64,000 nt of DNA from an uncultured Bacteroidales bacterium (GCA_946408345.1 CAMJRR010000012.1:1993-65992); one strand, 5' to 3'; shown: positions 49,854-60,799, counted from the first letter of the stretch. The notes: a model not told the origin generated them from the letters alone. Made by a program: numbers and translations.

Positions 49854-51281
49854 ATGAGTGCAATAATATCACCGACATACAGACCGACCAACAATACCTG
49901 GTACGCCAAAAACACCGTGCCGAAGCTCTTGATTGAGGCCACGGAGAATGTCACCGTGACACTCTATTTCAAGGACCAGGAGGCACAAGAGTGGCAACCC
50001 TATATCGCCTTCAGGGGCAGCTATTCGCCCGACTTCAACGGCGAAATCTGGGTTGACTTCAATGGTGTGTACGACAGCTTCATCTCCACCAAGATGCCCA
50101 CTGCCAGCCAGACAAGCCTGGTGCAAGATAAGATATGGTACTATTTCCGCGTCGTCGTGGTCGACAGCAGCGGCGACAATGTGGGAACGGCCATCACCTG
50201 GCAGGTGTTCAACGCCAAACTGAACTCGGCCACACCGTTCCAGACATGGAGCCAACAGAATTTCCTGACCAACCAGCCGATGGAAAAGACCACCAACTAC
50301 GAGGCGCCGGAATGGCTGACCTACCTCGACCTTGACGACAAAGGCGACAGGATAGTGATTGGACGATTCTATCCAAAAGAGGGTGGGGCGGTGGACTGCA
50401 TCGTGAATGACGACGCGTGTTCAGGATGCTTCAGCGTCAACGTGAATTACGCACGCCTGATACCGATGGTCGACAGGCTGCCTCACCAGCTGAAAGGCTA
50501 TTATGACATCGTCCTTACCGACGGCAACCTCAACGAGATTTGCCGCCAACGCTACATATACAAGGAACGCAGCGGACGAGAGAAATACTTCCTCTTCGTG
50601 AATGCCTTGGGCGGCATCGACACGCTGATCTGCAAGGGTGAGAACGTGCTCGCGCCCGACATCACCCACAACATCGGTCGATTTGGCCGCCAATACCGCG
50701 CCTTGGACGATACCAACGACATGCGTAAGTGGACACAGCACATCGGTCAGGTGCCCAACCACCAACGCAATTGGATCTACGAATTGCTGACCGCCAAGCA
50801 AGGTGCCGAGAAATACGACCCCGAGACCATGGAATACCTCGAAATCGTGGTCGACAGCTCAGAACTCTCCATGAGCGACTTCGGCCAGTTGGCAGGCTCG
50901 CCGTTCAGCTATATCCTGAACGATACCGAGAATGTGGTGGCCGACACCGAGCGACCCGACCGCAGCCTGCACCAATCAGTGGCAGACCAGGCCGAGGAAC
51001 TCAACGACAGGACGACGAAGGTGACGGTGACGTTCGTCCACGGGGCAACCGAACCCGTAATCATTCATTCCGATGCGCTATACGTCTTGTTTGATAGCGA
51101 AAAAGGGGCGAATGCGTCGGTGTATTATTTTACCGACGGCATTAAGGCAGGAGAATTCAAGCCAGGCGTGGACGAAAGCCCGGTGCGGATCACAATCAAG
51201 GAGGGCGCAAGCGTACACTTCGAGACCGAGGGCTTGGTGCGGTCGCTGGAACTCAGATATTACCCGACAAACAACATATAG
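49854..51281 (+). CDS. tail protein (by position)
   Basis: 475 aa from ATG 49854. Confidence 0.6.
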   Translation: MSAIISPTYRPTNNTWYAKNTVPKLLIEATENVTVTLYFKDQEAQEWQPYIAFRGSYSPDFNGEIWVDFNGVYDSFISTKMPTASQTSLVQDKIWYYFRVVVVDSSGDNVGTAITWQVFNAKLNSATPFQTWSQQNFLTNQPMEKTTNYEAPEWLTYLDLDDKGDRIVIGRFYPKEGGAVDCIVNDDACSGCFSVNVNYARLIPMVDRLPHQLKGYYDIVLTDGNLNEICRQRYIYKERSGREKYFLFVNALGGIDTLICKGENVLAPDITHNIGRFGRQYRALDDTNDMRKWTQHIGQVPNHQRNWIYELLTAKQGAEKYDPETMEYLEIVVDSSELSMSDFGQLAGSPFSYILNDTENVVADTERPDRSLHQSVADQAEELNDRTTKVTVTFVHGATEPVIIHSDALYVLFDSEKGANASVYYFTDGIKAGEFKPGVDESPVRITIKEGASVHFETEGLVRSLELRYYPTNNI

Positions 51282-51283
51282 CC

Positions 51284-51601
51284 ATGGCAAAGATCCTGAA
51301 AGTGGTAGACTGGTACGTGCACCTTGCGATGATAGTGTCAATCGGGATAGGCATCGCGGCCTTCTTCACCCCCCCGATGGCGGTGATTGACCGCAGTGTG
51401 CTGTCGTTTATCGCCGAGATAACGGGAGCAGCCGCACTGTTGACTTTCCTGGTCAAGCTGCCCGAGTACATCGAGAAAGGAGGGACGGCAAGAGTGACGA
51501 AAGGAAGCACCACGATCGAGGTCGGCGGCAAGGGCCACCCCAGCCGAGGCGAGTCCATCCGGGAAAACGACAACACGGAAGAAAACATTGAAGAGATATG
51601 A
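51284..51601 (+). CDS. hypothetical membrane-associated protein
   Basis: 105 aa with two hydrophobic segments. Confidence 0.55.
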   Translation: MAKILKVVDWYVHLAMIVSIGIGIAAFFTPPMAVIDRSVLSFIAEITGAAALLTFLVKLPEYIEKGGTARVTKGSTTIEVGGKGHPSRGESIRENDNTEENIEEI

Positions 51602-51948
51602 TCAGGAAACAAATCATTGCGGGGGACACGTTCCCCATCATCTATATGCACAAACCAAACGGCGTGCTCGAAGACCTTCCGGCAGGCTACGACTACATCA
51701 TAGGACTGCGCCCTGAAGGCAGCGAAAGGCCGATGGTGTTCAGCTACCAGGACGGCGACATCGCCAACCCGGAGACTGGCGTCTACAGGTGGGAATGCCC
51801 GCACGAGCTGTCGAAGACGCTCAAAGGCAACATCATCGTTGAGATGGTAATCTACAGCCGCGATGCAAGCTTTGTGAAACACAGTAACGAATCCGTAGTG
51901 CTGGAGGTGACACCCAGCTTCATGAACGAAGAATTGGACTATGAGTGA
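51598..51948 (+). CDS. hypothetical tail-module protein
   Basis: 116-aa ORF. Confidence 0.55.
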   Translation: MIRKQIIAGDTFPIIYMHKPNGVLEDLPAGYDYIIGLRPEGSERPMVFSYQDGDIANPETGVYRWECPHELSKTLKGNIIVEMVIYSRDASFVKHSNESVVLEVTPSFMNEELDYE

Positions 51949-52177
51949 CATCATTATCGAGACCAGCGTTTTCACAGTCGGCGAGATCCACATCCTCACA
52001 GGCGATTTCGTAGAGGAGTCGAACGAAAGGGACGCGCAACTCGACTTCTTGACGGAGTTTGCCGACACGCGGACTTCTTTCGTGTACTTCGGGCCAGCGT
52101 TGCCCGCCGTTGAAGGCGAGTGGAGCACCGACGCGTGGTTCCGCAATGACGGATGGTTTGCAGAAGAAACTTGGTAA
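51941..52177 (+). CDS. hypothetical tail-module protein
   Basis: 78-aa ORF. Confidence 0.5.
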   Translation: MSDIIIETSVFTVGEIHILTGDFVEESNERDAQLDFLTEFADTRTSFVYFGPALPAVEGEWSTDAWFRNDGWFAEETW

Positions 52178-52196
52178 ATCAAAATAACGAAACAAT

Positions 52197-55100
52197 ATGG
52201 CAAAGAAAGTAAAGATTACAGGTAAGAACCTGCTGAACAGCATCGAAGACGACTGGGGAGGCAAGAACGAGACCTCAGAGGCAATTGACGTTTATGGTAC
52301 CCAAGTGCCTGCCGGGCAGGAATGGGGCATGAACCGTGGCGAGGTGGAACGCTTCGTGAAGGAAAAGCTGCAAGAGCACGATGAAGGCATCGAAACGCTT
52401 GGCGAAGAAGCAATCGGCGATGTCGAGGAAGGACCGTTCAACCCGGTGACAAACAGGAAACCCATATATTTCTACAAGGTCGACGACCCCGGCCACGAGC
52501 ATCCCATCACAATCGAGGTGTCCGGGCAGGTCGGAGGCGAGGAGAAGATACCGAGGGTCAGCGTCTTGCTCAACACCCCAGGCACAATCAAGAAAGGCGA
52601 CACAATAGACTTCGACTGGGTCTACGACTTCATCCACAAGATTGACGGCGAGGAGCAGACGGGAGGCTTAAGGCCGACACCGTCAAGTGTCGCCATCGAA
52701 GTGAAGGCGGGTAACACCTTGATATATAGCGACACGATAAACGGCGGAGTGGTGGAGGACCAGCATTACAACGTCAGGTTCGCCAACCCCAACGCGACGG
52801 GACAGGTCACCATCACAGTGGTGGCCACGGTCATCATCGACGGTCAGATTGTCGAGGCCATAGGCGGCGAAGTGGTGACCATCGTGGAGATGCGCCTTTC
52901 CACCGACTTCAACCCCGCCCGCTCGCTCTCCGCCGGCGGAATCGCCCCGCGAGACGTAAGCGTCGCATGCGCGTACCGCGTGCCAAGCGGATCGGTGCTA
53001 TACGTTTGGCTCGACGGCGTGTTGTTCGACAATCCTTCCATCGGGACAAACAGCACTTATTTCTTCGGCGACAGAAACATCAACGACGGAAACGGGCTGG
53101 CCGCAGGCAGGCACAACCTGCAATTCGTGGCACGGAACGGGACGCTGCTGAGCAACCTTCTCATAGTCGATTTCCTGGTCAGCGGTTCGGATAGCGACTA
53201 TCTCGGCATCAGGTACTCCTGCGATGTCGACGCGTTAGAAAGCCTTCCGCTCAATCATCTGTACGGAGAAACAGCATATCCCGCAACCGTCGAAAGGTTC
53301 AGCGATTTGCAACTGTTATACGCGGCATGGAATGTCGCGTCGCCTGAAAGCAATGTTAAGGTTTACGTCTGTGAGCAAACAGGAGACGAAGAGCCCGTAT
53401 CGACACTGGCGCAAGACCTGAATGTCGACAGGACGGCGCAGACCTTGAGGCAGCGATTTGACGACACGACGCAAAAAGGACTCGTGTTGGCGATGGGGAC
53501 TGCAAGCATCGGGTTCGATGTCAGCGTTACGGCAGCCTCTGAGCTCGACATATCCATCGCCGCCAACCCCTACGAGGAACTACTCGCCGACGGGAAGTCG
53601 AACAGCCAGTCGGACAGGGAAGACTGGGGCGGCATCACCACGTTCGAGGGCGTGAACTGGAACACCAACGGTTGGGTGACGGATTCTGAAGGCATCACAT
53701 CGCTTCTCCTCACCAACGGGGCAAGGGCGGTGATTGGCATGAAGCCGTTTGCCGCCGGCGAAAACAGCCCGCAACAGGCAGGTATGGCTTTCCAGATGAA
53801 GTTCAAGGTAAGCCATGTGACGCAACGCGGCGCGACCGTCATCAGTTGCCTTTCCGAAAACCAAGGCAACGAGGGATGGCCTACGGGGTTCAGGGTTACG
53901 GCAGCCGAGGCGGGCCTGCTGTTTGGAGGCAAGGAGGAGATATCGACAACCGAGAAAAAGACCTACAACGGCATACATAACGGGGTGGAGATGGAAACCT
54001 ACATTGACGGCAACGGGGTGGAGGTACACATAGGTGACTTCCTCGACGACAACGACAATTGGGTCCCCGAAAGCCAGGCGGCCGTACTCAAGATCGAGAA
54101 GCCCTATGGCGTGACGATGGACATAGCCACGGACAAGTGGGTCGACCTGATGCTCGTGGTCTACACGCCCGCGCAAGTCGATGCCATGTTCGAAGGACAA
54201 GACATCATTACCAGCCAGGGAGAGTACGGCATCGCAATGCTGTACCTTAACGGGGTTTTGAGCCGCGTGAACAGATACTCAAAAAACAAGGTCATCACCC
54301 AGGAGTCTCCTGTCGCAATCACCATCGACAGCGACCATGCAAACGTGAACGTGAGGCTGATACGCTGGTACACACGCTTCCTGAAGGCGGACGAGACCCT
54401 CAACAACTGGATCCTTGGCCTTGACACGCAAGGCGACATGGTGACGGCCTACAACCGCAACGCCGTGGGCGACGGCCAGACAGCCGACGCAGACCAAAAC
54501 ATTGCAATAAGCATCGAATCTCTTGGGGCGAAGCGCAAGGGAAGGCTCACTTTCGTGAAGAGCAGCGCAGACTACGGAGGCGGAGCCACCGGCATAGAGG
54601 AACTCTTTGCAGACGGCGTCGGCAAAAGCACCAACTTCCACGCCGACTTGGTGAGGTGGGAGCCGCCACAAGACGAAAACGGTACGCCTGTGGGCGAAGG
54701 ATTCGAGGCGCGCAACGTGAGGATAAGGATACAAGGCACGTCGAGCGTGAACTATCCTTACAAGAACATCCGCGTCTATCTCACCACACCTTTCAGCAAG
54801 AATGCAGGCTGCTCGCTGAAGATAGGCAGCACCTTATACACTTACGATCCAGGAAGCGGCAAGCTCAAGGACAGCCAGGGGAAGACTTGCCAAGGCTACT
54901 GCATCAGGGGAGCGGAAAAATCACGCCCGCAAACGGTGCTTTGCGCGAAGACCGATTTCGTGGACTCGTCACTGGCACTGAACACGGGCGGTGCCCACCT
55001 TTTCAACGACGTGATGGTCGCGCTCGGACTGCGCACGCCGCCGATGGAGCACGACGACCGTGTGAGGCAAGCCATTGACGGCATACCTTGCGATGTCTTT

Positions 55101-58100
55101 GCGGCTACGAGCGAGAGCGAGGCGCCGTCGTATTTCGGCCAGTTCGTGCTGAACAACGAGAAGTCGAAGTCGGGCAAGATATTCGGGATGGAGGGCAACG
55201 ATGAATCCGTTTTCGTGCCGACGTGCCCCATAGCCTTGGAATCGCTCGAGAACAAGTACGCCTTCACGCTGTTTCAGGCGGCAGGCAGCGCAGACAGCCC
55301 AGAACTGGAGGCGCAGATGATGGATTCATTCGACGACGCGTTTGAGTTCAACTACCCCGAGGACGTGTTCTATAACGAGCAAAAGGCCATCGCGAGCCTC
55401 GGCAACGACTACGACCCTGACAAGAACCTTGCGACAGCGCAGCAGCGCACGGCCATCAAGAGGCTTATGGGATTCATCCACGACAGCGTGGCGGCAAGCG
55501 AGGTGGACATGAACGAACCCCAATATGGCGGGCACGGCGAATGGGCTTCTGCCGACAAACAAAAATGGGCAAGCCAATACTTCAAAGACCATGCAGCGGA
55601 ATACTTCGATGTGAACTACCTGCTGATATATTACATCATCACCGACTATTGGGCCAGCGTAGACCAACGCGCAAAGAACATCCTTTGGCGCACATGGGAC
55701 GGGATGAAATGGTATCCGACCTATTACGACGGCGACACGGCAATGGGCGTGCGCAACGACGCCTTCCTTGTGTACAAGTACGACGTGACGCGCGACTTCT
55801 GGGACACTGAGCGGGGCAAATACGCTTTCGAGGGGCACGATTCGTGGCTGTGGTGCCTCGTGCTGGCCAACTACGAGGAAGAGATGACACTGCTTGCCGA
55901 CAGCCTGCGGAGAGGAGGATATATGAGCAACACGGAGATGCTGAGGGAGTTCAACGAGGTGATGATGGGCAACTGGAGCGAGCGACAGTACAACAAGAGC
56001 GGAAAACTGAAGTATGTCGACACGATGTTCAAAAGCACAAAATACTTCCCGTTCACGCTGCAAGGCAACAAGGAGTTGCACAGGACACAGTTCATAACGG
56101 AAAGGGCAGCCCTGCTTGACGCTCGATACAATACAGAAAACTACCGTGGCGACATCATGACGTTGAGAATCAACCGTGCCGCAAACGATGCGCCCGACAG
56201 TCTCACGATTGTCAGCGGCGACCTCTACTATTACGGATGGAGGGAAAACAACACGACGAAGCTGCGACCCGTGCGCGTGAACAACGGGGAGACCTACCAG
56301 ATGATGTTCGCGCAGGCAATCAACGCGGGCTCGTCTTATGTCGCGGTGATGGGTGCCAGCAAGATAAAGGAACTCTACCTTACAGGCCTCGGCAACCATC
56401 TTGTCACCGAATTGCAACTCGGAAACTGCACGATGCTCACGAAACTCGTTGCAAGGGCCGACAACGGCATCGCGTTGAACGTGAACATGACGCTTGGCGG
56501 CATGGACACGCTGGAACACATCGACCTGACTGGGCAGACGAGCCTCTACACTGGCAGCAGCGGTTTGCTGAACGTGTCGGGGCAAGGCAGGCTGCGAACG
56601 CTTCTCGCCGGAAACACCAACTTCACCATCGTCAACCTTCCCGAAGGCGCACCTTTGTCGGAACTTGTGCTGCCTCCGACGCTAACAACCCTGACGCTGC
56701 GCTACCTTCCACAACTCACCCATAGCGGCCTGACGATACAAGGCTACGGCAGCATCACGGGCTTCAACTTCGCCGAATGCCCCGACATCGACTGGAAGGA
56801 CATACTCGACCGCTGCCAGAACCTTCAGAGGGTGCGCGTTGAAGGTGTCTCAGGGAAAGTGGACCCCGCTTGGTTGACAGAACTGAAAAACCGGAATGTG
56901 AAAGGCTATGACAGGAACGGAAACCCAGTGGAATACCCTTGCCTGGTCGGTTCGGTGATGCTTTCAAAGGTCATCGCAGACGAAGATCTTGCCGCGCTAA
57001 GGTCGCATTTCCAACAAGGCGGGCTTGTCATCGCCGAGTGCCAATACTCTGTCTATGAGATTGACGACACGTTGGCCTACGACGGTGTGTTGACATCCGC
57101 CTGCGTCAAGAACCTGGAAAACGGCAGTATGGCAACCGACGCGACCGGCGAGGGCTATGTGCCCACCGGACACGCGGTGCTCGTGCGAAACAGGATGAAG
57201 CCGGTGTGGGGCGGGACGAACCAAAACGGAGAGTGGGTAGGCGAGGAAATCAGCGGCTCCGACTACAAGAGACTTGCCGACGGCAACGAATACGACCACG
57301 CTGACATTCTCAACGCCGGCAAAGACGCGATGATGCTATTGCCGCACTGTTGGTATAAGGGCGTGAACGACTTCATCCACCAGAAAAAGTACATCATTTG
57401 GAGCAGCATAGAGAACGGGGATGGCATCCCGCCACAATCGAGCGCACGCCACTGCGTAATAAAAAAACTGTCTGAAACCGAGGACGAGGCACAAATGCTT
57501 GTGCGCCTTTCGGCGGGCGTCAATGTGGGCTACATCGAACCGGGAGTGAGCGGCATCGCTACGGACGGTGTCATCGACTCATCCGACGCTGCCGCGACGT
57601 ACAATGTCTATAAGATCGACATCGAGGGGATGAGACAAGTCAGGTGGCCGGGAATCAACGACGCCACCTACGGCGCGTGCTTCCTGGACGCAGACGGAGT
57701 GGTGATCTCGAAACACAACATGGCCGTCAACGGAGGCGATTTCGATTTCCAGGCAGACGAATGCGATTACCTGTACCTGCCCGTTCCCACAGGGGCAAAA
57801 CACTTTGTCTTCACGACGAGAGCGGCAAACACAAGCGACCCGCGCAGCCTGGTCGTGGCCGTCGACAGCGACGAAGTCGAAGCGATCGAGCCGGACTGGG
57901 TCGAGCACAAGGAGTGCCTGGTCGGTTTGTACCACGCCAGCGTCGACGGGAACAACCGAATCCGTTCCTTGACAGGCAAGACCGTCACGAAAGGAACGAC
58001 AACCCAAGAAGGCAGCACTTCGCCCAATTGGACCTACGACGAAAACGGCGACCCGACCAACGCGTCCGTCCCATCCAACCTCAAGTATTCGATGAAAGAC

Positions 58101-58775
58101 CTGCAGAACCTTTCGCGCAGGCGCGGCAAAGGCTACCAGCTGCAGGACTACGAGATGACGAAGTTCGTCGCCATCCTGTTCTATTGCCTTACCGGAACGC
58201 TCGACTCGCAGTCCGTGTGCGGTGCAGGCCGAAGCTATTCCTTGACCGGGACGCGCGACGAAATCGGGAACCGCAGCACTACCAATCTTGAATTTTCGAG
58301 CAGTGCAGGCAAGACAAACAAATGCCTTGGCCTCGAAAGCTGGTTCGGCTGCATAGCCGATTTCGTCGACAATGTGGGGGTGAACGTCACCGGCTACGTC
58401 GACTTCTACAAGAGCCAGATGGCAAACGCGGGTGAAGTCAACGGGAGGTGGTGGATCTATGACCCCGACGAAGAAGAGGAACGATATGTAAAGGGGGTCG
58501 CTGTAAACATTAGCAACAGCTATGTCAAGAGAGTCAGGCACGGACGGCATTGCGACATTGTACCGTCCATCGTGGGTGGCACCTCAACCTCAAGGTATGC
58601 CGACACGTACTCATACAATCCTGTTCCAAATCGAGTGCTCGTGAGGTCTGATGCCAACGGAGGAGCCACCGGCGGTATCGCCTACGCAACCGCGACATTC
58701 TCGTCATCGATTGCGATCGGTTATTGCGGGACGCGGCTGGCATTTAGGGGGCGAATAAAGCTGTCAAACGAATAA
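52197..58775 (+). CDS. giant tail fiber / receptor-binding protein with CotH-like and leucine-rich-repeat regions
   Basis: 2192 aa. VRIRIQGTSSVNYPYKNIRVYL and AKNILWRTWDGMKWYPTYYDGDTAMG resemble CotH-family blocks (~54700-55900). LxxLxL-type repeats lie at ~56370-56830. Confidence 0.7.
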   Translation: MAKKVKITGKNLLNSIEDDWGGKNETSEAIDVYGTQVPAGQEWGMNRGEVERFVKEKLQEHDEGIETLGEEAIGDVEEGPFNPVTNRKPIYFYKVDDPGHEHPITIEVSGQVGGEEKIPRVSVLLNTPGTIKKGDTIDFDWVYDFIHKIDGEEQTGGLRPTPSSVAIEVKAGNTLIYSDTINGGVVEDQHYNVRFANPNATGQVTITVVATVIIDGQIVEAIGGEVVTIVEMRLSTDFNPARSLSAGGIAPRDVSVACAYRVPSGSVLYVWLDGVLFDNPSIGTNSTYFFGDRNINDGNGLAAGRHNLQFVARNGTLLSNLLIVDFLVSGSDSDYLGIRYSCDVDALESLPLNHLYGETAYPATVERFSDLQLLYAAWNVASPESNVKVYVCEQTGDEEPVSTLAQDLNVDRTAQTLRQRFDDTTQKGLVLAMGTASIGFDVSVTAASELDISIAANPYEELLADGKSNSQSDREDWGGITTFEGVNWNTNGWVTDSEGITSLLLTNGARAVIGMKPFAAGENSPQQAGMAFQMKFKVSHVTQRGATVISCLSENQGNEGWPTGFRVTAAEAGLLFGGKEEISTTEKKTYNGIHNGVEMETYIDGNGVEVHIGDFLDDNDNWVPESQAAVLKIEKPYGVTMDIATDKWVDLMLVVYTPAQVDAMFEGQDIITSQGEYGIAMLYLNGVLSRVNRYSKNKVITQESPVAITIDSDHANVNVRLIRWYTRFLKADETLNNWILGLDTQGDMVTAYNRNAVGDGQTADADQNIAISIESLGAKRKGRLTFVKSSADYGGGATGIEELFADGVGKSTNFHADLVRWEPPQDENGTPVGEGFEARNVRIRIQGTSSVNYPYKNIRVYLTTPFSKNAGCSLKIGSTLYTYDPGSGKLKDSQGKTCQGYCIRGAEKSRPQTVLCAKTDFVDSSLALNTGGAHLFNDVMVALGLRTPPMEHDDRVRQAIDGIPCDVFAATSESEAPSYFGQFVLNNEKSKSGKIFGMEGNDESVFVPTCPIALESLENKYAFTLFQAAGSADSPELEAQMMDSFDDAFEFNYPEDVFYNEQKAIASLGNDYDPDKNLATAQQRTAIKRLMGFIHDSVAASEVDMNEPQYGGHGEWASADKQKWASQYFKDHAAEYFDVNYLLIYYIITDYWASVDQRAKNILWRTWDGMKWYPTYYDGDTAMGVRNDAFLVYKYDVTRDFWDTERGKYAFEGHDSWLWCLVLANYEEEMTLLADSLRRGGYMSNTEMLREFNEVMMGNWSERQYNKSGKLKYVDTMFKSTKYFPFTLQGNKELHRTQFITERAALLDARYNTENYRGDIMTLRINRAANDAPDSLTIVSGDLYYYGWRENNTTKLRPVRVNNGETYQMMFAQAINAGSSYVAVMGASKIKELYLTGLGNHLVTELQLGNCTMLTKLVARADNGIALNVNMTLGGMDTLEHIDLTGQTSLYTGSSGLLNVSGQGRLRTLLAGNTNFTIVNLPEGAPLSELVLPPTLTTLTLRYLPQLTHSGLTIQGYGSITGFNFAECPDIDWKDILDRCQNLQRVRVEGVSGKVDPAWLTELKNRNVKGYDRNGNPVEYPCLVGSVMLSKVIADEDLAALRSHFQQGGLVIAECQYSVYEIDDTLAYDGVLTSACVKNLENGSMATDATGEGYVPTGHAVLVRNRMKPVWGGTNQNGEWVGEEISGSDYKRLADGNEYDHADILNAGKDAMMLLPHCWYKGVNDFIHQKKYIIWSSIENGDGIPPQSSARHCVIKKLSETEDEAQMLVRLSAGVNVGYIEPGVSGIATDGVIDSSDAAATYNVYKIDIEGMRQVRWPGINDATYGACFLDADGVVISKHNMAVNGGDFDFQADECDYLYLPVPTGAKHFVFTTRAANTSDPRSLVVAVDSDEVEAIEPDWVEHKECLVGLYHASVDGNNRIRSLTGKTVTKGTTTQEGSTSPNWTYDENGDPTNASVPSNLKYSMKDLQNLSRRRGKGYQLQDYEMTKFVAILFYCLTGTLDSQSVCGAGRSYSLTGTRDEIGNRSTTNLEFSSSAGKTNKCLGLESWFGCIADFVDNVGVNVTGYVDFYKSQMANAGEVNGRWWIYDPDEEEERYVKGVAVNISNSYVKRVRHGRHCDIVPSIVGGTSTSRYADTYSYNPVPNRVLVRSDANGGATGGIAYATATFSSSIAIGYCGTRLAFRGRIKLSNE

Positions 58776-58802
58776 GGACGTAAAAGCTAAATAACGAGTA
58801 AA

Positions 58803-59318
58803 ATGATTATAGACGATTTCCGCAAGTATTACGATTCGGAAGCCGAAAGCGGCAAGATTATCCGAATAGCGAAAAGCCACTACATCCTGTTTTACGGCAA
58901 AGGAGTGGACGAAGGTAACGAAGGCGCCGTGTTCGTGTGGCGCAAGGACTACGACCACCTCCCATCGCGATCGGAGGCAAGGGCCGATGTCGAAGCCCTC
59001 GTCAACGGAATGACAGACAAGCGCATTTTGGAAGGCTTCGTCTGGAATGGGATGCCTGTCTGGCTGTCCACGGAAAACCAGTTCAACTTCAAGGCAGCCT
59101 ACGACCTGGCTTTCCAGTCAGGAGGCGCCAACCTTCCAGCAAGGTACAAACTTGGAGAGGACCGGAACGGCAATCCAATCTACTACGATTTCGAGGACGT
59201 GGCGACATTACAAGACTTCTATCTCGGCTGCATAGGGTGGATTCGGCAGTGCATAGCCGAAGGCTGGGACGAAAAAGACAGAGTGGACTATGACAGCATG
59301 TTTGGAAGGTTGGAATGA
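58803..59318 (+). CDS. hypothetical protein (tail-fiber accessory by position)
   Basis: 171-aa ORF. Confidence 0.55.
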   Translation: MIIDDFRKYYDSEAESGKIIRIAKSHYILFYGKGVDEGNEGAVFVWRKDYDHLPSRSEARADVEALVNGMTDKRILEGFVWNGMPVWLSTENQFNFKAAYDLAFQSGGANLPARYKLGEDRNGNPIYYDFEDVATLQDFYLGCIGWIRQCIAEGWDEKDRVDYDSMFGRLE

Positions 59319-59536
59319 TTAGTGCGTCCCGGCCAAGGCCGTCGGGCTAATCAAAATCAGTTTCACCTTTTTATATTATGGCTACTACGTGGATGCCGGA
59401 GCGGGTCCTGGCTACCGTTTGCCCAAAAGATGGTTTAATAGGATTTACTGGCGAGAGTTCAACCAGTTGGGTCGACTGATGGCAGCGCAGTACGGCCAAG
59501 AATGGATTGACGAGGTAATGAAGTCCATCGAGACAA

Positions 59537-60709
59537 TCAACCTTCACGGCTGAATGCCGGTGCCTTCGTGCTGATGGTATCAACCAATCGAGGATCCGCG
59601 TGGTTGGCATAGCGCGTGGTTATGCTCAGGTCGTGGTGGTCGGCGTGCTGCATGACGCTCAGCGCGTCAATGCCGCCTTTAAGCATCTCGTTGATACCAG
59701 TGTCGCGCAATGAATACAGCTGCATCTCGTCAGGCAACCCCAACGCCTCACGCATGTCCTGCCAATCCTTGCGGAATCGGCTGTAGGCCATCTGTTTCTT
59801 CCCTGGCATGTAGCCGTCGGAAAAGAGGTAGTCGCTCTTGTTGGCGTGTCGCGTCATCTTCTCCAGCCTCGTGACGAGTTCCGGAGTGAGTGACGGACTT
59901 CGCCGATAGTGTGTCTTGCTGTCATCCTCGCTTACCTCTATATATCGGTCGGCCAGCATCAGGTCTGACACATGCAGCCGCCAACACTCCTTCGGGCGTA
60001 TCAACGCCGAGAATACCAGTTCGCAAAGGACAATGTAATTCTCGTTGCGCTCCGACCAATACTTGTAGATTTCCTTCCTGACCTCGTGAGGCACCATGAT
60101 ACGCTTCTTGCCTTCCTCGCGCTTAGTCTTGATGGAGGCAAAGGGGTTTTCTTTGCAATAGAATTTCTCTATGGCGTAGGTGAAGAATGCCCGTGCTTGC
60201 TTCAGACGGTTGTTGTAGCTTCGACCATGCAAGCCTTTTTCCTGCACGATGAAGTCCATGAAGTTGGTGGCCATCACGCGGTTGAAGCCCGAAATGGCAA
60301 TCTTGCCATAGTTCTTTTCCACCCATTCCTTAAACACCTTGACGAAAGAGCGGTAATTGATCAAGGTGTCGGGGCGCACGTCGCCCGCTTTGTCGACCAG
60401 GTATTTGTCGAGCACGGCATTGATGGGTGTCAGCTCACGCGAATTGCCGGCACATCCCTCGAAGGGATTCCAGCCCGTGGCCAACTGTGTGTTTAGCCTG
60501 GTGATGACATCGGCGCAATAGGCCTTGAAGTCGGAGACTCTCGAATACTTCTTACGGATGCGGTTCATCTTGATCACCCGTCTTTCCATCGCATTGAAAG
60601 CCGGATTGAACACGCGGTATTCGATGGTCCAGCCATGCGCCGTGTATTTCAGCGATGCCGGAAGGTAGCTGATGAGAGGTTGAGAGTTTTGGGTTTTGAC
60701 GAGACACAT
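59537..60709 (-). CDS. int: tyrosine-type site-specific integrase
   Basis: 390 aa. ALIRPKE (Arg), YSLRDTG and HADHHDLSITTRY (His...Tyr). It is adjacent to attR and the tRNA. Confidence 0.85.
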   Translation of the reverse strand: MCLVKTQNSQPLISYLPASLKYTAHGWTIEYRVFNPAFNAMERRVIKMNRIRKKYSRVSDFKAYCADVITRLNTQLATGWNPFEGCAGNSRELTPINAVLDKYLVDKAGDVRPDTLINYRSFVKVFKEWVEKNYGKIAISGFNRVMATNFMDFIVQEKGLHGRSYNNRLKQARAFFTYAIEKFYCKENPFASIKTKREEGKKRIMVPHEVRKEIYKYWSERNENYIVLCELVFSALIRPKECWRLHVSDLMLADRYIEVSEDDSKTHYRRSPSLTPELVTRLEKMTRHANKSDYLFSDGYMPGKKQMAYSRFRKDWQDMREALGLPDEMQLYSLRDTGINEMLKGGIDALSVMQHADHHDLSITTRYANHADPRLVDTISTKAPAFSREG

Positions 60710-60767
60710 TTTTTTTTCTTCTTTTGTAGCCGAAACCTCAAAAGAATGAAAGTCAGTGTGTTACAAA

Positions 60768-60793
60768 TTTTGCGCCGATTTTGCGCCGATTTA
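60768..60793 (+). promoter_or_regulatory. tandem TTTTGCGCCGATTT motifs, candidate arm-type sites (right arm)
   Basis: TTTTGCGCCGATTTTGCGCCGATTT, 42-67 bp from the attR core, in the same orientation as 2292-2318. Confidence 0.5.
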
Positions 60794-60799
60794 AACTCA

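Noticed and set aside
55326-56585. 419-aa reverse-strand ORF (and 57579-58550, 323 aa)
   Set aside because: Both lie entirely inside the uninterrupted 2192-codon forward ORF and have shadow-frame composition.
58000-59540. Diversity-generating retroelement targeting the C-terminus of the giant tail protein
   Set aside because: The C-terminal ...CGTRLAFRG ending recalled C-type-lectin-fold DGR targets. No reverse transcriptase ORF with a YxDD-type motif exists anywhere in the window. I found no template-repeat copy of the last ~150 bp in the downstream 760 bp.
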